Counted from the stretch's first letter, positions 28,929 to 39,631 are shown. The stretch: DNA of 64,000 nucleotides from Microgenomates group bacterium GW2011_GWC1_46_15 (GCA_001002285.1 LCLX01000001.1:128030-192029); one strand, 5' to 3'. Numbers and translations are program-made. Notes: generated by a model from the sequence alone, not told the origin.

Positions 28929-28988
28929 ACTGATATTCGCGTGAAGGTATCCTCCGTATAGCGGTCAACGCAATCCGGAGAGTAATGC

Positions 28989-29022
28989 GAAAACCAAAGC
29001 GGTTTTCAGACCGCTTTTTTGT
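28989..29022 (+). promoter_or_regulatory. Leader attenuator in front of rpsL: mutually exclusive antiterminator (gaaaacc/ggttttc) and terminator (gcggt/accgc + T6) hairpins
   Basis: ggttttc (29001-07) is shared between the 7-bp antiterminator stem and the terminator stem gcggt-tttcag-accgc, which is followed by tttttt. An upstream helper hairpin cctccg...cggaga is also present. Confidence 0.45.
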
Positions 29023-29045
29023 TTGTAGAAGGAAAGGCCTAACAT

Positions 29046-29471
29046 ATGCCAACAGTCAATCAGCTTATCCGCAGAGGGCGGAAAAGAAAACTCATGAAAG
29101 TGAAGGCGACTGCGTTGCGCAAGTCGTACAACTCAAAAAAGAATAGATCAACCAACACATTCAGTCCACAAAAGCGTGGTGTGTGTCTCATTGTCAAAAC
29201 AATGACGCCGAAAAAACCAAACTCCGCTTTGCGTAAAGTTGCACGTGTCCGTTTGTCCAACAGACAAGAAGTAACCGCCTACATTATGGGCGAGGGACAC
29301 AATTTGGCCGAACACTCTATCGTACTTATCCGCGGTGGCCGTGTGAAAGACTTGCCAGGTGTGAAGTATCACATTGTTCGCGGAAAGTTTGACTGCGCAG
29401 GTATTGATAAACGCAGATCCAGCCGTTCAAAGTACGGAACAAAGAAACCAAAGGCAGTTGCTGCCGCATAA
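29046..29471 (+). CDS. rpsL: 30S ribosomal protein S12, with a ~18-aa insertion after the N-terminal RKRK
   Basis: [15 protein letters not shown]...[31 protein letters not shown]...[17 protein letters not shown]. Confidence 0.95.
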   Translation: MPTVNQLIRRGRKRKLMKVKATALRKSYNSKKNRSTNTFSPQKRGVCLIVKTMTPKKPNSALRKVARVRLSNRQEVTAYIMGEGHNLAEHSIVLIRGGRVKDLPGVKYHIVRGKFDCAGIDKRRSSRSKYGTKKPKAVAAA

Positions 29472-29494
29472 CCAAGTGGTAAGGAGAATAGTAT

Positions 29495-29977
29495 ATGGCA
29501 CGACAATCCAAAGCACTCAGACGCCGCCCCGTTGAAGGAGACGTGAAGTATAACTCAACAAAAGTAACAAAACTCATCAATCGTTGTATGAAAGATGGCG
29601 AAAAAGGTGTTGCGCTTCGCCAGGTATACGCGGCGCTTGATATTTTAAAAGAGAAAACACGCCGTGAGCCTCTCGAAGTATTTGAAGAAGTGATTCAGCG
29701 CGTGGCACCGGCGATGGAAGTCCGGTCACGCCGTGTTGGTGGCGCAGCCTACCAGGTTCCGACTCCCGTTCGTGGGTCTCGTGGATTTTCGCTCGCGATT
29801 CGTTGGCTAATTGAAGAAGCGCGCAAACGCTCTAACGCCACATATCACACATTTGGTGAAAAACTCGCGGCAGAAATGTTAGACTCATTGAAGAATGAAG
29901 GCGGTGCGGTTGCAAAGAAACTCTCGATGCATAGGACAGCAGAAGCGAATAAAGCATTTGCACATTTTAGGTGGTAA
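29495..29977 (+). CDS. rpsG: 30S ribosomal protein S7
   Basis: 160 aa S7 fold sequence; KLINRCMKDGEKGVA, RRVGGAAYQVP, and C-terminal ...FAHFRW. Confidence 0.93.
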   Translation: MARQSKALRRRPVEGDVKYNSTKVTKLINRCMKDGEKGVALRQVYAALDILKEKTRREPLEVFEEVIQRVAPAMEVRSRRVGGAAYQVPTPVRGSRGFSLAIRWLIEEARKRSNATYHTFGEKLAAEMLDSLKNEGGAVAKKLSMHRTAEANKAFAHFRW

Positions 29978-29979
29978 AT

Positions 29980-30300
29980 ATGAGTGGAGAACAAATAACA
30001 ATTGGTGAAGCAATCGATTTGGCTGAAAGAAAAGATAAGATGTTGCACAGAGAGATTGTCTCTTTAGTGTATGATCTTCTTGCAATGAGTCGGTTGCTTC
30101 CAGAAACGATACGGACACCAACTGGGTTTTTGACTTTTGATCAAGTTGGGATAGGAAATGAACTGCACGTTATAGTAAATAGATACAAAGAATGTTTGAG
30201 AGCTCCTAAATTAAAAGAGAGACTAGCTGAAGCGGCCGATCAAGAACAAGAACGCTTTGATGATTTAGTAGAAAGAATTCAAGCATTGAGGAGTGAATAA
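29980..30300 (+). CDS. Hypothetical protein (106 aa) inserted between rpsG and fusA
   Basis: Strong SD AGGTGG 6 nt before ATG 29980. Helical N-terminus with an Rx5H stretch (ERKDKMLHRE). No confident family assignment. Confidence 0.5.
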   Translation: MSGEQITIGEAIDLAERKDKMLHREIVSLVYDLLAMSRLLPETIRTPTGFLTFDQVGIGNELHVIVNRYKECLRAPKLKERLAEAADQEQERFDDLVERIQALRSE

Positions 30301-30385
30301 GATCTGCCAGCACTATTATGTAGCAATGATGAAAAAATATCGTGATTTTTATATGTCCGCAACACAATAATTCAGAAATAAACTT

Positions 30386-32536
30386 ATGTCCCCTCCCACA
30401 ACCATTAAAACCACCAGCCGTGATGTCCCGCTCGATCGTATCCGTAACATCGGTATTATCGCGCACATTGATGCGGGTAAAACTACGACAACCGAGCGTA
30501 TTCTGTTTTACACGGGTAAATCATACAAAATCGGCGACATTGATGAAGGCAACACTCAGATGGACTGGATGGAGCAAGAGCGTGAGCGCGGTATTACGAT
30601 TGTATCTGCCGCAACAACCACGTTCTGGACGCCGGTGCTCGACACCGCTGTGCCACACGAAGCGTATCGTATCAACATTATCGACACCCCGGGACATGTA
30701 GATTTTACCGCAGAAGTTGAGCGCTCGCTCCGCGTTTTGGATGGCGGCATTACAGTATTGGATGGCGAAGAAGGCGTGCAATCGCAGTCTGAAACCGTAT
30801 GGCGTCAGGCAGATAAGTACAACGTTCCCCGTATTTGTTTTATCAATAAAATGGATAAACTTGGTGCGAACTTTGACCGTACGGTTGAAGATATCCGCAC
30901 AAAGTTTGGTGTAAAGCCGGCAGTGATGGCGCTTCCGATCGGTGTGGAGAACTCTTTCAAGGGCATTGTTTTAGTGCTTGACCGCAAGTCCATTATTTGG
31001 TCCGGTGATGAAACGGGTGCACACTATACCGTTGGCGACGTTCCCGCGGATATGAAAGATCAAGTTGAAGCTACGCGCGCAAAACTTGTAGAGCAAATTG
31101 CGGAAACCGATGACGCATTATTGGAAAAATTCTTTGCCGGTGAAACAATTGAACTCAATGTATTGAAAAAAACACTTCGCAAAGCCGTGATTGAGTACAA
31201 ACTCGTTCCGATTTTTTGTGGAAGCTCGCTCCGTAACAAAGGTGTTCAGCCGTTGTTGGACGCGGTCGTCGAGTATCTCCCTTCTCCAGTTGATATTAAA
31301 GAAATCCACGGAACCAATCCAAGAATCGATAAAGAAGAAGTCCGCAAGCTCGTGGCGGAAGAGCCATTTTGTGGATTGGCGTTTAAAATTCAAACGGATC
31401 CACACGTTGGCCGCATTACATACGTCCGAGTGTACTCAGGAAAACTGCAGTCTGGTTCGTACACATACAATGCAACAAAAGGTGAAAGAGAGCGCGTGGG
31501 CCGTCTTTTATTGATGCACGCCAACCAGCGTGAGGAAGTGAGCGAAACATTTTCCGGTGAAATCGTTGCGATTGTCGGATTAAAATCAACAAAAACCGGT
31601 GATACATTGTGTGATGAAGACCACCCAATTATTTTGGAAGGCATTTCGTTCGCCGAACCGGTTATCTCGCTTGCCATTGAACCAAAAACAAAGTCTGACC
31701 AAGAGCGCATGGGTATGGCATTGGGTAAGCTTGCTGAAGAAGACCCAACGTTCCGCATTAAAACAAATCAAGAAACGGGCCAAACCATTATCGCCGGTAT
31801 GGGTGAGTTGCACTTGGAAATCTTGGTTGACCGCATGAAGCGTGAGTTCAAAGTTGAAGCGAATGTTGGTGCTCCGCAGGTTGCGTACCGCGAAACAATC
31901 AAGAAAATTGCGATGGGTGAAGGAAAGTACATTAAGCAGTCCGGTGGCCGCGGACAGTATGGACACTGTTGGTTGCGTGTTGAGCCAAAGAACCGCGGTG
32001 AGGGATATGAGTGGGTGAGTGAGGTTAAAGGTGGAAATATTCCACGTGAGTTTATTCCCGCAATCGAAAAAGGTGTGAAAGAGTCATTAGAAAACGGTGT
32101 GCTTGCAGGATATCAGCTTGTAGACTTAAAAGTTATCGTAACCGACGGAAGTTATCACGAGGTTGACTCGTCCGAAATGGCATTTAAAATTGCTGGATCA
32201 ATGGCATTGCAGTCCGCGGTGAAACAAGCTGATCTTGTACTGCTCGAACCCATTATGCAGGTTGAAGTGACGACGCCATCCGAGTTCATGGGCGATGTGA
32301 TTGGTGACCTTTCCAGCAAGCGTGCGCAAATTCAAGGAAGTGATCAACGTGGAACTGCCGTGATCATTAAGGCTCTTGTTCCCTTGTCGGAAATGCAAGG
32401 CTATGTTACAATCTTGAGAAGCATGACACAGGGTCGTGCGAGTTCGGTGATGATTCCCAGCCATTACGACGAAGTTCCGCAAAGTATCGCGGCAGGGATT
32501 ATTGAAAAAAACAAACCGCAGGGTGGGAGAAATTAA
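30386..32536 (+). CDS. fusA: Elongation factor G
   Basis: 716 aa. G-domain [21 protein letters not shown]; domains II-V conserved. Confidence 0.97.
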   Translation: MSPPTTIKTTSRDVPLDRIRNIGIIAHIDAGKTTTTERILFYTGKSYKIGDIDEGNTQMDWMEQERERGITIVSAATTTFWTPVLDTAVPHEAYRINIIDTPGHVDFTAEVERSLRVLDGGITVLDGEEGVQSQSETVWRQADKYNVPRICFINKMDKLGANFDRTVEDIRTKFGVKPAVMALPIGVENSFKGIVLVLDRKSIIWSGDETGAHYTVGDVPADMKDQVEATRAKLVEQIAETDDALLEKFFAGETIELNVLKKTLRKAVIEYKLVPIFCGSSLRNKGVQPLLDAVVEYLPSPVDIKEIHGTNPRIDKEEVRKLVAEEPFCGLAFKIQTDPHVGRITYVRVYSGKLQSGSYTYNATKGERERVGRLLLMHANQREEVSETFSGEIVAIVGLKSTKTGDTLCDEDHPIILEGISFAEPVISLAIEPKTKSDQERMGMALGKLAEEDPTFRIKTNQETGQTIIAGMGELHLEILVDRMKREFKVEANVGAPQVAYRETIKKIAMGEGKYIKQSGGRGQYGHCWLRVEPKNRGEGYEWVSEVKGGNIPREFIPAIEKGVKESLENGVLAGYQLVDLKVIVTDGSYHEVDSSEMAFKIAGSMALQSAVKQADLVLLEPIMQVEVTTPSEFMGDVIGDLSSKRAQIQGSDQRGTAVIIKALVPLSEMQGYVTILRSMTQGRASSVMIPSHYDEVPQSIAAGIIEKNKPQGGRN

Positions 32537-32539
32537 AGA

Positions 32540-32773
32540 ATGGATGTCCAAGAAAATATCGGGGATATATTGAGGAAAGTTTGGAGTGGGTATAATGTTC
32601 AGGAGTGGGCGCGAGCAAATCTGGAAAGGGAAGGAAAAATAACGTATTATACAATTGATGTCCCTGTAAAAGACTTAGAGACTATTCGGAAAAAAGCGCG
32701 GGAACTTAGAGTAGAACTTGGCACTCCACAGACCATGGGTAATGGGAAGTATCGTATATTAGTAGATATATAA
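32540..32773 (+). CDS. Hypothetical protein (77 aa) inserted between fusA and tuf
   Basis: SD GGGTGGGAG 8 nt upstream of the ATG. No recognisable motif. Confidence 0.45.
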   Translation: MDVQENIGDILRKVWSGYNVQEWARANLEREGKITYYTIDVPVKDLETIRKKARELRVELGTPQTMGNGKYRILVDI

Positions 32774-32783
32774 AGGAGACACT

Positions 32784-33971
32784 ATGGCAACATTCAAGCG
32801 AACAAAGCCACACGTTAACATCGGAACCATTGGTCACGTAGACCATGGGAAAACAACGCTGTCGTCAGCAATTACGACAACGCTCGCAGCCAAAATCGGC
32901 GGCGATACAAACAAGGCGATGAAGTACGATCAGATTGACAACTCACCGGAAGAGAAGGCGCGCGGCGTCACGATTAACATCTCGCACCTTGAGTACGAAA
33001 CAGCGAAGCGCCACTATGCGCACATCGACGCTCCAGGACACGCTGACTACATTAAGAACATGATTACGGGTGCCGCACAAATGGACGGCGCAATCCTTGT
33101 GGTTGCCGCAACCGATGGTCCAATGCCGCAAACCCGCGAGCACATTCTTTTGGCCAAGCAGGTGAACGTTCCACAGATTGTTGTCGCACTCAACAAGTGC
33201 GATATGGTGGACGACCCAGAGCTTCTTGACCTTGTCGAAACCGAAATTCGCGAGCTTTTGACCAAGTACAAATACGATGGTGAAAAGACCCCGATCATCC
33301 GCGTGTCCGCTCTCAAAGCGGCAGAAGGTGACGCGGCGGCACAAGATCAAATCATGAAGCTGATGGACGCGGTGGATACATACATCCCCGACCCAGTCCG
33401 TGACTTGGACAAGCCATTCCTCATGCCAGTCGAAGACGTCTTCTCTATCAAGGGCCGCGGAACCGTGGTCACGGGAAGAATCGAGCGCGGCGTGGTGAAA
33501 ATCAACGAAGAAATCGAGATTGTCGGTATCAAAGACACAAGAAAGTCTGTTGTTACCGGCGTCGAGATGTTCCGTAAACAGCTTGACCAGGGCCAGGCGG
33601 GAGACAATGTTGGAGTGCTTCTCCGCGGTGTTGAAAAAGACGACGTGGAACGTGGACAGGTGCTTGCGAAACCAGGCTCCGTGAAACCACACACCGACTT
33701 CGAGGCAGAGGTGTATATCCTCACCAAAGAAGAGGGTGGTCGCCACACGCCATTCTTCAAGGGCTACCGGCCGCAGTTCTACGTCCGCACAACGGACGTG
33801 ACAGGCGAAATCCAACTCCCAGAGGGTGTTGAGATGGTTATGCCTGGAGACAACGCCAAAATGACCGTGAAACTGATCGTTCCGGTTGCTATGGAAGAGG
33901 GTGTCCGCTTCGCTATCCGAGAAGGTGGTCACACCGTTGGCGCAGGGGTTATTACAAAAGTGTTGAAGTAA
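32784..33971 (+). CDS. tuf: Elongation factor Tu
   Basis: 395 aa. [31 protein letters not shown]; conserved throughout. Confidence 0.97.
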   Translation: MATFKRTKPHVNIGTIGHVDHGKTTLSSAITTTLAAKIGGDTNKAMKYDQIDNSPEEKARGVTINISHLEYETAKRHYAHIDAPGHADYIKNMITGAAQMDGAILVVAATDGPMPQTREHILLAKQVNVPQIVVALNKCDMVDDPELLDLVETEIRELLTKYKYDGEKTPIIRVSALKAAEGDAAAQDQIMKLMDAVDTYIPDPVRDLDKPFLMPVEDVFSIKGRGTVVTGRIERGVVKINEEIEIVGIKDTRKSVVTGVEMFRKQLDQGQAGDNVGVLLRGVEKDDVERGQVLAKPGSVKPHTDFEAEVYILTKEEGGRHTPFFKGYRPQFYVRTTDVTGEIQLPEGVEMVMPGDNAKMTVKLIVPVAMEEGVRFAIREGGHTVGAGVITKVLK

Positions 33972-33993
33972 CCTTGCGATTGCATTGAAATTG

Positions 33994-34025
33994 AGACGGC
34001 CTGCCAGATATGGTGGGCCGTTTTG
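33994..34025 (+). terminator. Rho-independent terminator after tuf
   Basis: gacggcc-tgccagatatggtg-ggccgt followed by tttgg, 20 nt after the tuf stop. Confidence 0.55.
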
Positions 34026-34301
34026 GTAAGTAAGATTAAAAAAGGACTTGTTGCTCCATCAAAAAGAAGTGGAAAACTGAAGATGGTAAAACATTTACAA
34101 AACAGATTACAAACAAATCTTCTTTCTCAAGAAATTGAGTTGCATTTGAAAAATAACAGAATATTCAGCGTTGAAGAATTTTTCAAAAAAAATGATGGCG
34201 CTGTGGATTCATCGGCCAACAAGGACCAACCCACGCACTTCCATCACCAGAGATAGTACTACGGCTAGTTTTCTATGTCAACAACGCTCCCAACCCGCCT
34301 C

Positions 34302-34330
34302 TTGATCTCCTCAAGCGAATCTGGTACAAT
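34302..34330 (+). promoter_or_regulatory. Sigma70-like promoter TTGATC-17-TACAAT for the S10 operon
   Basis: Hexamers and a 17-nt spacer counted from the sequence, about 75 nt upstream of the rpsJ ATG. Confidence 0.55.
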
Positions 34331-34404
34331 CTGTTTCTTGTCTGTGGGAAAAGCAATTTTCTCTAGACATTCGCACATTAACGGTTGTGAGTGAAAGGCG
34401 CACT

Positions 34405-34713
34405 ATGACTAAGGGTAAAATCCGTGTCAGATTAAAATCGTTTGACCATAGGGTCATAGATGATGCAGCCAAAAAGATCTTGGATACCGCACTTTCCACA
34501 GGAGCGAAAGTTGTAGGTCCGGTTCCTCTTCCGACAGAACGGAAGATCATAACCGTCCTTACTTCCCCGCACGTAGAAAAAAATGCTCAAGAGCATTTTC
34601 AAATTCTTACTCACAAACGCGTGATTGATATTATTGATCCGACCAGCAAGACGATTGATGCGTTGATGCACCTCGAACTGCCGGCCGGTGTTGGTATTCA
34701 GATCAAGATGTAA
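34405..34713 (+). CDS. rpsJ: 30S ribosomal protein S10
   Basis: [25 protein letters not shown]... Start chosen at the ATG after GAAAGG SD (the ORF track begins 18 nt earlier). Confidence 0.93.
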   Translation: MTKGKIRVRLKSFDHRVIDDAAKKILDTALSTGAKVVGPVPLPTERKIITVLTSPHVEKNAQEHFQILTHKRVIDIIDPTSKTIDALMHLELPAGVGIQIKM

Positions 34714-34716
34714 GGC

Positions 34717-35484
34717 ATGAATATGACAGGTGTATCGCTCTTTGCAATCAAACGGGAAACAAAACAAGCATGGACTGCGTCTGGTCTTCGGATCCCTGTC
34801 ACGGTGTTGTGTGCAAAAGATAACGTGTTTTTCTCTAAGACCGATACAGAACAATACCTTGCGTTTGGTACAAAAGACATTAAGTGCATGACGAAACCAG
34901 AAGCCGGCAATCTTAAGAAAGCCGGCCTTTTATCAGGTATTCGCATGATTCGCAAGGTATTTGGCGATTTTGGAGAACAACAAGTGGGGGGAGCAATTGC
35001 TCCTTCAAGTATTTTTACCCTTGGTGATGTTGTAAAAGTCACGGGAACATCAAAAGGGATGGGATTTGCGGGTGTGATGAAGCGCCATGGATTTAAAGGT
35101 GGGCCAAAGACGCACGGACAGTCCGACCGCGAAAGAGCTCCAGGTGCTTCGAGCTCCGGAACGCAACTTGGCCACGTGTGGAAAGGGAAAAAATTCCCTG
35201 GACGCGGTGGCAACAAAACAGTGTCAGTTGAGAATCTCCAAGTTGTCGCAGTAGATGATGTGACTGGTGAGATTTGGGTGAAGGGTGTTGTTCCAGGCGC
35301 AATTAATGGAACAGTGCAGATCACAAAAATAAACACAGGAAAGTTCGAAGGAATGTTTAAAAAAGCAGAGAAAGTTGAAACAAAACCTGTTGAAACAGAA
35401 CCAGCGAAAATTGAAGAAAAGACTGAAAAACCCATCAAGGTTGAAGCGAAAATTGAGGAAAAGAAAGTAGAAAAAGCAGAATGA
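34717..35484 (+). CDS. rplC: 50S ribosomal protein L3 with K/E-rich C-terminal extension
   Basis: ...LRIPVTVL..., GTSKGMGFAGVMKRHGFKGGPKTHGQS, then a ~55-aa KEKVETKPVETEPAKIEEK tail. Confidence 0.93.
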   Translation: MNMTGVSLFAIKRETKQAWTASGLRIPVTVLCAKDNVFFSKTDTEQYLAFGTKDIKCMTKPEAGNLKKAGLLSGIRMIRKVFGDFGEQQVGGAIAPSSIFTLGDVVKVTGTSKGMGFAGVMKRHGFKGGPKTHGQSDRERAPGASSSGTQLGHVWKGKKFPGRGGNKTVSVENLQVVAVDDVTGEIWVKGVVPGAINGTVQITKINTGKFEGMFKKAEKVETKPVETEPAKIEEKTEKPIKVEAKIEEKKVEKAE

Positions 35485-36272
35485 AACTACCAGTAGTCCA
35501 TATCGGTGGAAAACAAACAGAACTTGAAGTTTCGAAAGAAGTGTTTGGCGCAACTCCAAACGCGGACTTGCTTTCCCGCGCAATCTACATGTTTTTGTCG
35601 AGCCAACGCCAAGGAACAAGCAAAGTTAAAACACGCTCAGACATCAATAGAACAAAAAAGAAATGGTACAAGCAAAAAGGAACGGGTAATGCCCGGCACG
35701 GTGCGCGAACACCAAACATTTTTGTCGGTGGAGGTGTGTCGCACGGTCCAACGGGTAACCGAAACTGGACACGCGAGTTAACAAAACAGCAAAAGAAAAA
35801 AGCGATGGTCTACGCGCTCAGTACGAAGTATCCAGACATAATGATTGCTCCGGAACTCGAGTCGCTTGATGGAAAAACAAAAAAAGCGGATATCTTTGTC
35901 CGCTCTTTTGTTCCTGAAGCAAACCGTGTGCTTGTCATTTTGCATGAATCTATAACACCGGTGCTCCGCGCGATGCAAAACATTCAGCGCGTGTTGGTGA
36001 CACAAGCGAGCCGATTGAATATTTACGAACTTTTGCTTGCGGACAAAGTGCTTATGACAGAACAAGCCGTTCGTGTGCTCGAAAAAAGAGTGACAGGAGA
36101 TCGGGAAAAAGAAAACCCCGGTGTTGAAAAAGCGGTTGTTAAAAAGGCAGTGAAATCAGCAGTAAAACAAATAGCGAAGAAACCAACTGTAGCAGCCAAG
36201 GCAGCAGTTAAAAAAACAGTCAAAACACCAGCGAAAAAATCAGTGAAGAAAGTAGTAAAGAAAGCAAAGTAA
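35481..36272 (+). CDS. rplD: 50S ribosomal protein L4 with K/A-rich C-terminal extension
   Basis: KWYKQKGTGNARHGARTPNIFVGGGVSHGP; C-terminal AVVKKAVKSAVKQIAKKPTVAAKAAVKK... tail. Confidence 0.93.
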   Translation: MKLPVVHIGGKQTELEVSKEVFGATPNADLLSRAIYMFLSSQRQGTSKVKTRSDINRTKKKWYKQKGTGNARHGARTPNIFVGGGVSHGPTGNRNWTRELTKQQKKKAMVYALSTKYPDIMIAPELESLDGKTKKADIFVRSFVPEANRVLVILHESITPVLRAMQNIQRVLVTQASRLNIYELLLADKVLMTEQAVRVLEKRVTGDREKENPGVEKAVVKKAVKSAVKQIAKKPTVAAKAAVKKTVKTPAKKSVKKVVKKAK

Positions 36273-36273
36273 C

Positions 36274-36567
36274 ATGGGAACATACACAATCAAAAAACCA
36301 GTATTAACAGAAAAATCAATGATGATCGCACAAAAAAAGCGTGGATTCACATTCCTCGTGGAACTGTCTGCGACCAAAGGACAAATCGCGGAAGCAATCG
36401 AGAAAGCGTTTGATGTGAATGTTTTGCGCGTACGTACGGTAACAACAACGGGAAAAGTAAAGCGCCGTGGAGCAAAACGCGTTTCGGTCGCTCTTCCAAA
36501 AAAGAAAAAAGCGATCGTGACATTAAAAGAAGGACAGAGCATTTCTTTATTTGATGTACAGAAGTAA
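36274..36567 (+). CDS. rplW: 50S ribosomal protein L23
   Basis: 97 aa; KPVLTEKSM...FLVELSATKGQIAEAIEKAFDVNVLRVRT. Confidence 0.9.
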   Translation: MGTYTIKKPVLTEKSMMIAQKKRGFTFLVELSATKGQIAEAIEKAFDVNVLRVRTVTTTGKVKRRGAKRVSVALPKKKKAIVTLKEGQSISLFDVQK

Positions 36568-36572
36568 CACAT

Positions 36573-37415
36573 ATGGCAATACGGACACTAAAAGCAACAT
36601 CACCAGGAACACGACACCAGATCAACATTGATCTGCGTGGTGTGTTGACCGCGGGCAAGCCAGAAAAGTCGCTTCTCGCGAAGGGAACATACAAGCGCCA
36701 GGGACGGAATAATCAAGGAAAAATAACGGTTCGCCATCGTGGCGGAGGGGTAAAACGAAAGTTGCGCATGATTGATTGGAAACGCAATAAACGTGATATG
36801 AAAGCAAGTGTAACAACGATTGAGTACGACCCAATGCGTACGGCAAACATCGCGCTTATTACATACGCAGACGGTGAGAAGCGATACATCATCGCTCCGG
36901 AAGGTTTGAAGGTTGGTGATGTTGTGATGAGTGGCGAGAAGGCAGAGCTTAAACCAGGAAACGCACTGCCACTTTCAATGATCCCAGTGGGTATGCCAAT
37001 CCACAATATTGAAATCCGGCCAGGAAAAGGCGCGCAGCTTGTGCGTTCGGCAGGTGGAGCAGCGCTCATCCAGTCAAAAGAGGGTGAGTTTACAACGCTC
37101 CAAATGCCATCAAAAGAAACACGGCTTATCCGGTCAATCTCGTACGCGACGATCGGGCAAATTGGCAATGTAGAATGGAAAACAGTATCATTCGGCAAGG
37201 CTGGACGCAGACGGCTCCTCGGATGGAGACCGGTTGTCCGCGGTACTGCGATGAACCCACGGAGTCATCCGCACGGAGGTGGAGAAGGCCGCTCAGGTAT
37301 TGGTATGAAGTCTGCAAAATCAATGTGGGGCAAGAGAATCCGCGGTGTGAAGACACGCAACAAGAAAAAGTATTCGAATACATTCATTACAAAAGACAGA
37401 AGAGTGAGGGCATAA
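36573..37415 (+). CDS. rplB: 50S ribosomal protein L2
   Basis: 280 aa; GRNNQGKITVRHRGGG, RSAGGAALIQSKEG, AMNPRSHPHGGGEGR. Confidence 0.95.
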   Translation: MAIRTLKATSPGTRHQINIDLRGVLTAGKPEKSLLAKGTYKRQGRNNQGKITVRHRGGGVKRKLRMIDWKRNKRDMKASVTTIEYDPMRTANIALITYADGEKRYIIAPEGLKVGDVVMSGEKAELKPGNALPLSMIPVGMPIHNIEIRPGKGAQLVRSAGGAALIQSKEGEFTTLQMPSKETRLIRSISYATIGQIGNVEWKTVSFGKAGRRRLLGWRPVVRGTAMNPRSHPHGGGEGRSGIGMKSAKSMWGKRIRGVKTRNKKKYSNTFITKDRRVRA

Positions 37416-37418
37416 CAT

Positions 37419-37703
37419 ATGTCGAGAAGCAGTAAAAAAGGACCATACATCTACGAACGCCTCCTTAGCAAGGTGCTTAAGCAACAAGCATCCGGAAAAA
37501 AGGAAGCGATTAAAACGTGGGCGCGTTCCTCACAAGTTCCACCGGAATTTGTCGGACACACCTTTTTGGTCCACAACGGAAAAAAGTTTAACGAAGTATT
37601 CGTGACCGAGGCAATGGTTGGCCACAGACTTGGAGAGTTTTCTCCAACACGCACGTTCCATGGCCACGGAAGAATGGTGAAGCGTGTGTTGAGTAAGACA
37701 TAA
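37419..37703 (+). CDS. rpsS: 30S ribosomal protein S19
   Basis: 94 aa; [43 protein letters not shown]. Confidence 0.93.
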   Translation: MSRSSKKGPYIYERLLSKVLKQQASGKKEAIKTWARSSQVPPEFVGHTFLVHNGKKFNEVFVTEAMVGHRLGEFSPTRTFHGHGRMVKRVLSKT

Positions 37704-37737
37704 AACGCGCGCACAGTGCAAATGCGCAAAGGAATAT

Positions 37738-38265
37738 ATGATCATAAAAGCAGAACAAAAAAACAGCAGACAAACACCAACCCGCTTGCGCTTGGTCGCA
37801 AAAGCGGTGAAGCGTATGTCGGTCAAAGACGCGATGGATCAATTAACATTTATGAACAAAAAAGCCGCGAAAACAATGCTGCAGGTATTTAAGCAGGCTG
37901 TTGCGAACGCGACAAAAAATCTGGGACTGTCATACGAATCATTGACGATCAAAGACATTGTAGTGAACGAAGGTCCAAGATTTAAACGGTTCCGGCCGGT
38001 AAGCCGTGGACAAGCACACAGCATTTTGAAAAGAACATCGCACGTCCGCGTTGTGCTCGAATCAAAAGAAACAGAAATAAAGAAACCGGTTGCACAAAAG
38101 AAAACAGTAATGCCAGAGAAACAAGGAGAAACAAAACCAGTTGTTCAAGAAGGTGAAGTACTTGCGCGCAAGCCACAACAAACACCAATTATAGAAAAGA
38201 AAGTTTCGATGAAATCACAAACAACGACAAAAACAGTATCCGTAAGAAAAACAGGAGAACGCTAA
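37738..38265 (+). CDS. rplV: 50S ribosomal protein L22 with a ~65-aa K/Q/T-rich C-terminal extension
   Basis: RLRLVAKAVKRMSVKDAMDQLTFMNKKAA...RPVSRGQAHSILKRTSHVRVVLE, then a low-complexity tail. Confidence 0.9.
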   Translation: MIIKAEQKNSRQTPTRLRLVAKAVKRMSVKDAMDQLTFMNKKAAKTMLQVFKQAVANATKNLGLSYESLTIKDIVVNEGPRFKRFRPVSRGQAHSILKRTSHVRVVLESKETEIKKPVAQKKTVMPEKQGETKPVVQEGEVLARKPQQTPIIEKKVSMKSQTTTKTVSVRKTGER

Positions 38266-38266
38266 C

Positions 38267-38926
38267 GTGGGACAGAAAGTAAATCCGATCAGTTTCCGTT
38301 TGGGTAACCTCTTTACCTGGGGTTCCCGCTGGTATGCTGATAAAAACACATACAAGAAATACTTGTTCGAAGATAAGAAAATCCGTGATTTCCTTGATCC
38401 AAAACTTCGGACAGCGGGACTTGTAAAAATCGAAATTGAACGCTCATTAAACGCGATCAAAGTGAAGTTGTTCGTTTCCCGGCCAGGCGTTGTGATTGGT
38501 CGCGGTGGCGCCAACCTCGATCTGCTCAAGCAAGACTTGGCGAAAGCATTGAAAGTCAACTTGAACGATCCAAAAGGAATGAAACTCGTGATTGACGACA
38601 TTGTTGAAGTGAAAGACCCGGACTTGAGCGCGCGTCTTGTCGCGGAACGCATTACCGATCAACTCGCGAAGCGTTTCCCGCACCGCACGGCGGTCAACCA
38701 GGCAATCCAGCGTTCGATGGATGCAGGGGCGAAAGGAATAAAGATTGTATTGGCGGGAAGAATTGGTGGAGCAGAAATCAGCCGCAGAGAGAAGTACAGC
38801 AAGGGAACGGTGCCAACACAAACCCTTCGTGGGAACATTGACTATTTTGAGTTGCCATCGAAAACAAAATCAGGATATGTTGGCGTAAAAGTGTGGATCT
38901 ATCGTGGACAGGAAGCGATGAGGTAG
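38267..38926 (+). CDS. rpsC: 30S ribosomal protein S3 (GTG start)
   Basis: GTG at 38267 immediately after the rplV stop; (M)GQKVNPISFRLG...KH domain...GRIGGAEISR. Confidence 0.93.
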   Translation: MGQKVNPISFRLGNLFTWGSRWYADKNTYKKYLFEDKKIRDFLDPKLRTAGLVKIEIERSLNAIKVKLFVSRPGVVIGRGGANLDLLKQDLAKALKVNLNDPKGMKLVIDDIVEVKDPDLSARLVAERITDQLAKRFPHRTAVNQAIQRSMDAGAKGIKIVLAGRIGGAEISRREKYSKGTVPTQTLRGNIDYFELPSKTKSGYVGVKVWIYRGQEAMR

Positions 38927-38927
38927 T

Positions 38928-39335
38928 ATGTTGCAACCAAAAAAATCTAAATATCGAAAACAATTCCGCGGAAAGCGCTCGGGCACAGTCTCGAGTGGCA
39001 ACACCGTTGCGTTCGGTGAGTTTGGTTTGAAGGCCATGTCGGCGGGTTGGTTTTCGGCACGCCAGATTGAAGCCGCGCGTAAAACGATCAGCCATCACAC
39101 AAAACGCGCAGGAAAGTTGTGGATCCGCGTGTTTCCGGATAAACCAACAACCAAAAAAGGGCCGGGAGTAAAGATGGGCGCTGGAAAAGGCGACATTCAT
39201 CAGTACGTTGCGGTGATCCGCCCAGGCCGCATTTTGTTTGAACTCGGTGGGTTGAGTGAAGTAGAGGCGCGCGAAGCATTCCGTAAAGCCGCGCACAAAA
39301 TTGGAGTACGCACACACGTTGTCGTGAGAACATAA
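38928..39335 (+). CDS. rplP: 50S ribosomal protein L16
   Basis: MLQPKKSKYRKQFRGKRSG...RQIEAARKTI...KLWIRVFPDKP. Confidence 0.93.
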   Translation: MLQPKKSKYRKQFRGKRSGTVSSGNTVAFGEFGLKAMSAGWFSARQIEAARKTISHHTKRAGKLWIRVFPDKPTTKKGPGVKMGAGKGDIHQYVAVIRPGRILFELGGLSEVEAREAFRKAAHKIGVRTHVVVRT

Positions 39336-39355
39336 CACAGAGTGATAAGGAATAT

Positions 39356-39631
39356 ATGGCAGACACAAAAACAAAAATAAAAACAGTGAAGAAACCAACA
39401 GTAAAAAAGGCTGAAGTAAAAATCGACAAAAAAGTTGAGAAAAAAGTCGAAGCGAAAGTCGAAGTAAAAAATGGTCAAAAGACTGTTCAGACAATGCAGG
39501 AAGAGATTGTGAAAAAACGCATGGAGTTGCTCGCGGGTAAGTTAAAAGACGTCCGGTCTATCAGCAAGTTGCGGGACGAACTCGCGCGGTTCAAAACGGC
39601 CGAGCGTATGAAGGAGTTACAGAGTCTATGA
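39356..39631 (+). CDS. rpmC: 50S ribosomal protein L29 with Lys-rich N-terminal extension
   Basis: C-terminal 55 aa [32 protein letters not shown] fit L29. The N-terminal 35 aa are a K/V/E low-complexity stretch. Confidence 0.85.
   Translation: MADTKTKIKTVKKPTVKKAEVKIDKKVEKKVEAKVEVKNGQKTVQTMQEEIVKKRMELLAGKLKDVRSISKLRDELARFKTAERMKELQSL

Noticed and set aside
32943-33932. 329-aa minus-strand ORF antisense to tuf
   Set aside because: It fully overlaps EF-Tu, which is unmistakably the real gene. The translation has no motifs and a biased composition.
34023-34256. 77-aa ORF (TTG start) between tuf and rpsJ
   Set aside because: It begins inside the tuf terminator hairpin with a non-ATG start and no SD. 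The region is A/T-rich intergenic sequence between a terminator and the S10 promoter.
34698-35438. 246-aa minus-strand ORF antisense to rplC, and 42773-43711 (-) antisense to rpsE/rplO, and 49713-50645 (-) antisense to rplQ/rplM/rpsI
   Set aside because: These are long open frames created by codon bias opposite highly expressed r-protein genes, with no independent support.
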